Shown here piece after piece: positions 50,020 through 54,653 of a stretch of 54,653 nucleotides of DNA. The position numbers were made by a program, and so were the translations under genes. The stretch comes from Octopus sinensis (lineage: Eukaryota): the NCBI RefSeq assembly GCF_006345805.1, contig NW_021833838.1, forward strand, positions 1 to 54,653, given 5' to 3'. Positions within the stretch are counted from its first letter, which is position 1, and every line of letters starts with the position of its first letter. Under the pieces are notes generated by a model. That model was not told where the DNA came from, ran no database searches, and saw only the letters and a list, made by a program, of their open reading frames with translations.

Positions 50020-50450
50020 GTGAAACAGTGAACACGCACGAGGATAAAGAAACAGTGAACAAGCACTCGGGTTGTGAAACGGTGAACACTCAGTAGGTTT
50101 GTGAAATGCTGATTACGTACTGGAGCTTTAACACGCACTAAGGATGTGAAACGGTTAACATGCACTAGGACTGTACTACGATGAACGTACTCGGTATTCT
50201 GGTACGGTGAACATAGACTAGGGTTACGAAACGCTGAATATGCACTAGGGTTATGAAATGGTGAACAAGCACTAAAGATGCGAAGCGGTGAACTTGAAGT
50301 GGTGTTGCGGAACAGTGAACAAACACTAGGATTGTAAAACGATGAACACGCACTAGTGTTGTGTGACGATGAACATCCACTAAAGCTGTGAAATGGCGAA
50401 CATAGACTAGTGAACATGTGCTAGGAATGGAAAATGGTGAAAATACACTA
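50020..50450. repeat. Diverged 27-bp minisatellite, about 16-17 units
   Basis: Consensus close to GTGAACACGCACTAGGGTTGTGAAACG; most units are exactly 27 bp. Confidence 0.92.
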
Positions 50451-51032
50451 CAGATAAGTTCTCGATTTGGCTCTCCTTCAAAATGAAGTAATGTTATATT
50501 AGATTCCAAATGAGTTGTGTGCTATGGACTGTTTTAAGACTTGGGGTTATAATATGTATGTGACAGTATTCTCGAGGAAGAATGTGTATATTGAAGGTTA
50601 AGCTCAGAGATCAAAAGCTCGACAAAAGATAACCATACGCTTCTCTGATTTATCTTACAGTGATCTACGCTCATAAACTCTAGATCTTACCATACACCTA
50701 ATTTCCATCGCTCTCTGTCTATGATTATGACACTAAAGTTTCAGTATATCCTTAAATATAAATAATTTTTTTATTGTCGTTTAGTCTTAGACCAACACTG
50801 ATCAAGCAGACCTATGAACAAAAGCGTTTTGGCCGTGACCTTCCTGTCATTTTGTATATATGTCCAACGTATTCATCTTTATTTCAATGTGTTTGCTTAA
50901 CGGAGATTTGATTGTTATTTCTTGCAAGACGATCGATCTCCTTATGGCTGGAGCTAAGACTCAGTAGCGGAAAATTGTTCTCAAACAGGCAAATTTCGAA
51001 ACACTTTTTAATTCTATTTTATTAAATCATCA

Positions 51033-51312
51033 TAGTGGTTAGGTCAGCAGACTCGCGGTCAGAGTATCGCGATTTCGATTCCAAGACCGGGCGTTGTGTG
51101 TGTTTATTGAGCGAAAACACCTAAAGCTCCACGAGGCTCCGGCAGGGTGTGGTGGTGACCCCTGTTGTACTCTTTCGCCACAACTTTCTCTCTTCCTGTT
51201 TTTTTAGTAACGCTGCAATGAACTGGCGTCCCGTTCAGCTGGGGGGAACACATACGCCACAGAAACCGGGAAACCGGGCCCATGAGCCTGGCTAGGCTTG
51301 AAAAGGGCGACG
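51033..51312 (+). mobile_element. Family D SINE (5' end slightly truncated)
   Basis: Homologous over its whole length to 21124-21414. Confidence 0.92.
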
Positions 51313-51505
51313 TTCATCGTTATTCAATCATCAGGTGTTGTATTACTGTATCATCAGGTTGGGCCATCGAAAGTTATGTTTCGTGATTATGTACACAATA
51401 GAGCACCAGAGGTGGAATACGAACCTCTAAGTGTTTGGATTGCAACTTTCATAATTATAAGGTTGATTGTTAGCATTAGTGGTGGCGGTTATAATTATAT
51501 GTCGT

Positions 51506-51743
51506 TAAGGCAGCGAGCTGGCAGAAACGTTAGCACACCGGGCGAAATGCGTAGCCGTATTTCGTCTGCCGTTACATTCTGAGTTCAAATTCCGCCGAGG
51601 TCGACTTTGCCTTTCATCCTTTAGGGGTCGATAAATTAAGTATCAGTTACGCACTGGAGTCGATATAACCGACTTGATCCGTTTGTCTGTCCTTGTTTGT
51701 TCTCTCTGTGTTTAGCCCCTTGTGGGTAGTAAAGAAATAGGTT
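51506..51743 (+). mobile_element. Family B SINE, full length, 14-bp TSD
   Basis: TSD taattatatgtcgt at 51492-505 and 51744-57. Confidence 0.95.
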
Positions 51744-52216
51744 TAATTATATGTCGTGAGCCTGCATTAAGACATTATTTTATATTTTTCTTGAAAAAAT
51801 TTCTTGATTACATTTACCCGTATGATATAAACTGGAAGTAAAAGCTATTTACAAGAAAGGAAATAACACTGGATTGTAGCCTGGAGAAGAAAAAATTAGA
51901 AATAATTCGTAAACAAAGTTTTAAAAAATGAACTGAAAGATAACGAAACAGACACAGTTGCAAGTTTGGCCAATCCTAGTTTTATATCACAAAGCAAAAA
52001 CGAAAGTACGGCAACAAAAGCAACAATGAAGACTTGAATGAAGCAACTGCTTTGATTGTATAACAAAGGAAAATGTTACACTTGAGTTACATTTAATGCT
52101 AGAAAGTCCTATTGCAACCTATATCACAAAAGTGCTACTTTGCTTGAGTGGGCAAGAGGAAAGGAAAACACCTCTGCTTCTCGAAGGCCAGGGGATTTGT
52201 ATATGCTCTCAAAGGA

Positions 52217-52450
52217 TTATAGGCGGTGAGCTGGCAGAAACGTTAGCGCGTCGGGCGAAATGCGTAGCCGTATTTCATCTGTCGTTACGTTCCGAGTTCA
52301 AATTCCGCCGAGGTCGACTTTGCCTTTCATCCTTTCGGGGTCGATAAATTAAGTACCAGTTACGCACTGGGGTCGATGTAATCGACTTAATCCGTTTGTC
52401 GGTCCTTGTTTGTCCCCTCTGTGTTTAGCTCCTTGTGGGTAGTAAAAGAA
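52217..52450 (+). mobile_element. Family B SINE, full length, 16-bp TSD
   Basis: TSD atatgctctcaaagga at 52201-16 and 52451-66. Confidence 0.95.
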
Positions 52451-52831
52451 ATATGCTCTCAAAGGAACAGTTAAAGGAAGCCCAATATAATGTAGGATAT
52501 GACGTCTGCTCTATGAATAGAAACAGAGCATATGGAAGTATTTGTATGGTCTTAAAAATGAATATTAATAAGCAAAACAGCAATAGACTATGCTTTAATT
52601 CCAAAACAGGTACACAAGTCGTCACATACCTGTGAATATGTAAAATTAACAATTAGTTATTTTTATAAGCACAACTACGCCTCCATTGTTACTAAAAAAA
52701 AACGGTTCCCTTGTATGTGATCGCTCGACGTGCAAGAAACCTCAATCGAATCTCTTTCGAATCACGTCCAATCATCTTTAAAAAGAAAGAATGCATACGA
52801 CATTTGTAGTCCGAGATAAACTATGCTTTAG

Positions 52832-53024
52832 CCCTTTAGCATTCAGCAATGTTGATTTACCCACATTGTTTCAAATTAATCAAGCATTATCTCGTAGCTT
52901 CGTGATTTTGAAGATGTGGTTGTTTGCACCGTAGGGTAGGTGTGAAAGGCCAGATCTGGTTAGATTGAACATAAAAACAGATCAAACATTTGGGCCGGGT
53001 ATAACGTGTTTGAATACTGAAGGG
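52832..53024. mobile_element. piggyBac-like MITE
   Basis: Ends ttag|ccctttagcattca and tgaatactgaaggg|ttaa: CCCT termini with TTAA-like TSD (left copy mutated). Confidence 0.55.
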
Positions 53025-53117
53025 TTAAAAGAAGATAGAATTTTGGGAGATGGAACGCATTTTGTTCATAGGTCTCTGTTTCATAACAGCAGCAGCAACA
53101 GCAACAGCAACAGCAGT

Positions 53118-53500
53118 GGAGGCGCAATGGCCCAGTGGTTAGGGCAGCGGACTCGCGGTCGGAGGATAGCGGTTTCGATTCCCAGACCGGGCGTTGAAAA
53201 CACCTAAAGCTCCACTAGGCTCCGGTAGGGGGTGGTGGCGACCCCTGTTGTATTCTTTCGCTCCAACTTTCTCTCACTCTTTCTTCCTGTTTCTTGTCCC
53301 AGACTTCCTACGCAACCGCTGAGCCTGGATGCACATTCATCCATCCGTCGAAGCTCTCGGTGTCGGGGGTTGACCTGCTTTCTCTTCTGCGGGTCTTACG
53401 AATAGCAAAGGACCACGTTTCGGACTTCTCCCACTACAGAGGCGCGATCTTGCGAGCTCTGGGACGAAGACCGCTTCGCTCAACAAACAAACAAACAAAC
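53118..53500 (+). mobile_element. Family D SINE head and body with a different 3' tail
   Basis: Matches family D to about 53295, then an unrelated ~185-bp tail ending in (CAAA)n; sits in a CAG/CAA microsatellite. Confidence 0.85.
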
Positions 53501-53949
53501 AAAGCAGCAACAGCAACAGCAACAACAACAACAGCAACAACAATAGAAACTTATAGAGAGAGACAGATTTAAGGATTTGTGACCCGAGTAAGAGCGGAAA
53601 AGTAACGCAGTGCAACATTTCAGTGACAAAACTTGTCCTAAATATTCCACTTCAACACCTCCGCTTCTCAGATTTTCCTTCTATTTATGTTCAACAGTTT
53701 TCAACTTACAACAGATTTCTTTATTGTTGTTTTTCTTTTTTTTCTTGGTGTGGGAGGGGCGGGTGTGAGGGGAAGGTTATTGGTTGGTTTCGTCCGTATA
53801 TATCTCCTCGTCTAATTAACCATGCCAGAACTTAATTGAGTTCATCAGCCGCATAATAAATGTACTTCATGGCTTTAAAAAAAAAACATATTTGCTAATA
53901 ATATTTCTGCTGGCCTATGTCTTTTCTCCTTCTCACACTCGCAGCTTTC

Positions 53950-54591
53950 ACAAGCACCACACCGCTGCCACCACTTTACCACCACCACCACCACCACCCA
54001 CCACCACCACCGCCATCACCACTAACACCACCACCACCACCACCACCACCACCCACCACCACCACCGCCATCACCACTATCATCACCACCACCACCGCCG
54101 CCATCACCACTACCACCACCACCGCCGCCGCCGCAGCCACCATCACCACTACCAAAACCACCACCACCGCCATCACCACCACCACCACCATCAGCAGCAA
54201 CAATAACAACATTACAAAAGTTTCGAAAACCATATCTCTCTACTACAACCACTACCACCGCCATCGTAATCTCTTCTCTAGCCACAATCACAACCACTAC
54301 CATCACAATTTCCATGACCATCACTTCGACAACCAGTTTTTTCATCGCTTCTTCCGACATTGTCATAACTTCCAGTACCACTTCTACCACCACTGCCTCA
54401 CCTATCCTCACTATCATCATCCACCATCACCACCACCCCTGCCACCATCGCCCCTGCCACCCCCCTACCACCACCACGGTCGTCACCATCATCACCACAA
54501 CCACCAGCACCCCACCGCCACTATCCACCCCATCTCATCTCCTCCTCTCATACCATTATACCATTGATGCCGTCGTCGTCGTTGTCGTCAT

Positions 54592-54626
<35 letters not shown>

Positions 54627-54653
54627 CCATCATCATCATTATCATTCCTAGTA
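53950..54653. repeat. (ACC)n/(CAT)n degenerate trinucleotide low-complexity tract
   Basis: Direct reading; gives poly-H/T/P ORFs. Confidence 0.92.

Noticed and set aside
53892-54567. His/Thr/Pro-rich ORFs up to 216 aa
   Set aside because: Degenerate (ACC)n/(CAT)n tract; multi-frame openness is expected from composition.

Overview
AT-rich, non-coding animal genomic DNA, most likely from an octopus. That attribution rests on recalled octopus tRNA-derived SINE families and the extreme microsatellite density; it was not checked by database search. I recognise no intact protein-coding gene, rRNA, genuine tRNA gene or CRISPR array, and almost all supplied ORFs are translations of microsatellites. 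The window is a nested transposon graveyard. It holds about 30 tRNA-derived SINE copies of at least five families (labelled A-E here), several with clear target-site duplications (TSDs). It also holds three mariner deletion derivatives, a maT/DD37D-type Tc1-mariner relic split by a SINE, hAT- and piggyBac-like MITEs, and fragments of R4/Dong and RTE LINEs and of a Penelope-like GIY-YIG element. The most interesting signals are: (i) four minimal hammerhead-ribozyme-like motifs sharing one architecture; (ii) a Penelope 3' end carrying a tRNA-like Pol III module; (iii) several perfect or long fold-back palindromes and an inverted SINE pair that could form dsRNA; (iv) a 27-bp minisatellite with a codon-like substitution pattern; (v) a weak TadA/ADAT2-like HAE motif relic.
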